Of a DNA stretch of 64,000 bases, positions 61,001 through 64,000 are shown piece after piece. Every line of letters begins with the position of its first letter. The stretch's first letter is position 1. A program made the position numbers and the translations under genes. The notes beneath the pieces are model-generated. The model was not told where the DNA came from and made no database searches. It was given only the letters and a program-made list of their open reading frames with translations. Origin of the DNA: Styela clava (lineage: Eukaryota); NCBI RefSeq assembly GCF_964204865.1, contig NC_135263.1, positions 8,494,001 to 8,558,000 of the forward strand, written 5' to 3'.

Positions 61001-63734
61001 TTTCTTTCTGTGATGAAATAAAGAGAATTGATCATTAAAAGCATTCAATATAGTGATTATATTATGGTACTGCAGAAGTATGCATACCAAGATGTCGCAC
61101 AACCTGAATCCTAGCCGGTAAACACATACTATGTTCAGGTATTGCGCCATCTTGGCGCGCATACTCCTGGAGGTCCGATTATATAAACAAAATTAGACAA
61201 CTAACCTGCTTTTCTTGCTTTGACCTCGCTTTTCTTTCTTCCGACTTCATTTTAAAATATTCATTTGTGGCCCGAAAATCACATTTACCTAGATCTGTTA
61301 TAATCTCCTTTTCCTTGCTGGTCATAACCTTGAAAAAAATAAAATGCAATTGTCAATCTCCATTATCTAATTCACCAAAAGTCATCTGTCAATCTCCATT
61401 ATCTAATTCACCAAAAGTCATCAATTCAATAATACATAGTCAGGTGTAAATTACCCAAACAAGAGAGAATTATCAAAGTAAAGTTGACTATCTCAAATTC
61501 ACTAAATTATAAAACTTTGAAAAGCTGATAGAAGCATGAATTCCTAATCTAAATTTGATCTATCCATCTATCTTAAAAGTATTCAATACAAACCTTGCGC
61601 CAGTCATGAAAAAAATTTTTATTGAAGATTTCTTTCGAAGTATAATCGTGGTCCAACATTTTAGCATAGAACGTCATTACCTCTTCTGTTTCTGGTTCGA
61701 GATGCATCACTTTCCCTACAAAAGCATTGATGAAACATCAAGTATTGCTTATTGTATTGGCACAAACTGAGGTTAAAAATAAAATATATGTGATAATGGC
61801 TATGATTTGCTGCAGAGTTGTTGCTTCCAAACTTTCTTACCGCCATATTTGAAAGGAACAGAACTTGGCAGAGGTTCATATTCAGGGGCAAACATTGGTC
61901 CTTTGTGTTCAAGAGTTTTCCATTTAATTCCATCATCAGTATCCTTCTTTTCTTCCCACCACTTCCACTTTGAAGCTGCTTCCTCCTCTTCTTTCATTTT
62001 CTTTGTTTTCTTGAAGAAATTAACAGAATTTAAATATTGTACCAATCCTTGACATTACCTTTTTTATACACATGTATGCCATAATGCATTTCCCCCAATA
62101 TGAGAGAGCCATAGAAAAATGAACCTAACATTCTGGACCATATAAAGACGTTGCTTTTAGTCTACAATTGAACACTCACCTTTTTTGTCGGACTAGACAA
62201 TGTAGAGGAAGGTTCGGCCTTCGTTTTAACTTTTTTCTAAAATAGAAAATTCATTATGACATAACATTTATTTTAAAATATATCAATAATCAATATCAAA
62301 TCAATACTAAACCAAATACTTCTCATCAATTCTTCCAACGTTGTACAATGTTACAATACTGAAGGAGCCGGGCAATAAAATAAACTGAGATTTCGGTAAT
62401 GTTAAGCGTAAAACAGACTAAGGCTATATCGAATGACCATTTCCTGACTTACAATATTTGGCTTCACATCATTTTCTTCAGCTTTTCGTTTCTTGGCATG
62501 TTTTTCCTTTTTCAACTTCTTCTTCATTCTATAATTGTTGACATGAAAATTATATTTGATGTATCTGGACATATATCATTCTGGTTAATGAATTTTCAAC
62601 ACATACCTCCTGATTTCTTCATTATCTCCATGATTAGTAACCCCTGAATTCTGATGAGGCTAAAAATGAATTCCAAAGTTGTTACGGTATGATATAAATA
62701 AATTGCAATTTAATACAAAAATTGGAAAAATAAAATGCCAAATACAATTTAGTGTTTTCCAAATAAAATTTTGGTTGCCCGCCCCTATTACTAACCTCTC
62801 CAGAATCCATTCTTTCTGTTTTAACTTGCATAACACCTTGACTGAAAAGAAAACAAAATCTGAGTTAAATAATTGCAAGTCAAGATATGATTGAGGGCAG
62901 GGTAGGAAAGTGCCAACCCCTTTATTGGCAAATATCAAAACCAAATTCAACTCTATGAAAAAAGAAAAGTATAAACAGGGAAGAAAACACTAAAAATTTA
63001 TATGACGATCATGGACCAAGATAAGATTACTTTCACGAGATAGAATTGATTGCAGATAATTCAACTAATAATGCAATGAGTGATATAATTTACTGGATTC
63101 AATTAATACAAAGCATCAGCAAGAAACTCAATTTAAAAGATCTTACTCTCCAGCATGATTGGCAGTATGGTGTTCTGGTCGGTGCTCCCTTTTAATTCTT
63201 ATTCTTTTCCCATCAGGACCAATTTTTGGTTTTCCATTTGAATCAAGTACATATTTGTGCTTACGATCTTTATCCTGAACAAAATAAATGACTATTATTA
63301 ATAAGGTGCATGGACAACTTGTCTAGATTATTTCTTAATACAATTATCTAATAAGGCATGCAGTGATATATCACAGCCATAAAATATTCCAATTGATTTG
63401 GATTTCATTTGATTTCGCTGCATATTTTATTTATTTTGGGTTTACTCATTTTATAGAATATTGAAGTAGGTATTCATGAATTGAAAGATATCATTAAATC
63501 TGAGCTTGTCACTTCAAATCAATTTCATATATTTCAAAACTCTTCTATTACATACCCTACCTTAAATATCTTCCAGTCCCATTAAAGAATTATATTAATT
63601 ATTAAAAACAAACAAAATTTAGAGAACAATATATCAAAAATAAATTCAACCTTGTGATGCTTATGCTTGTGAGGCGAATGTAATTTCTGTGGTGATGAAC
63701 CATTCAGTGTTGTTGAGGAGTGTGCGAGTTCCAT
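58023..63734 (-). CDS. TOP1: DNA topoisomerase I (type IB), multi-exon
   Basis: First coding exon 63734-63651 (MELAHSS...HKHKHHK); [62 protein letters not shown]; catalytic [11 protein letters not shown] exon 58360-58290; last exon 58125-58023; 5'UTR exon 63961-63919. Confidence 0.97.
58976..59260. mobile_element. Charlie-type hAT MITE in a TOP1 intron
   Basis: CAGACATGGGCA ... TGCCCACCCCTG ends similar to the 1402-3474 TIR; internal GGCCC subterminal motifs. Confidence 0.7.
61066..61176. mobile_element. Palindromic GG-start MITE family, copy 4 (TOP1 intron)
   Basis: GAAGTATGCATACCAAGATGTCGCACAACCTGAA / TTCAGGTATTGCGCCATCTTGGCGCGCATACTCC; same arms as 18054-18168. Confidence 0.7.
61351..61422. 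repeat. Perfect 36-bp tandem duplication in a TOP1 intron
   Basis: TGTCAATCTCCATTATCTAATTCACCAAAAGTCATC x2. Confidence 0.9.
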
Positions 63735-64000
63735 GGAAAGCAAACTAAAAAGGATTTTAAATTTTATAATTGAAAGATCATTCAGTCATTGCTAATGCAG
63801 TCATAAACCCATTAAAAAGTAACAAAACATTTAAAAATATAGAAATAACATATGCTATTTCACAGCCTTGCTAATAAAGTACGGGTACTGACAGTAGGGC
63901 TATTTTCGAATAACTTACCTAATATTAACAGTGAATAGTAGACGATCAGCGTCTGTCTTGTCTGTAGAATCAATAGAAAATGACTTCGCAAAGTTTTTTT

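Noticed and set aside
62628-62660. TGATTA...CTGA...CTGATGA resembling a C/D snoRNA
   Set aside because: It is the antisense of a TOP1 coding exon ([17 protein letters not shown])

Overview
AT-rich, intron-containing animal DNA. Chordate-like proteins, compact introns and dense MITEs suggest an invertebrate chordate such as an ascidian (inference). Most of the supplied ORF track is spurious, so I assembled genes by hand from splice sites. From left to right the window holds: (1) a four-level nest of DNA transposon remnants (1.1-3.7 kb); (2) four diverged GPI-anchored Ly6/uPAR three-finger (quiver/sleepless-like) genes with the same 4-exon layout (3.9-20.7 kb); (3) tektin-3, with one GC-AG intron and RFX-type motifs nearby; (4) a phase-consistent 10-exon chimeric gene in which a Kelch-like BTB-BACK N-terminus is joined, with no Kelch propeller, to KH-like modules copied from the next gene (33.9-38.9 kb); (5) that donor gene, an RBM43/DTX3L-N-terminus-like RRM plus KH-like protein (41.5-45.3 kb); (6) SNRNP200/Brr2, with a 5.3-kb uninterrupted first coding segment; (7) TOP1. 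The best candidate for an undescribed system is the pair formed by the RRM-KH gene and its BTB-BACK-KH derivative, a putative Cullin-3 adaptor with KH-type targeting domains. The chimera also carries two phase-matched copies of its junction exon of different ages.
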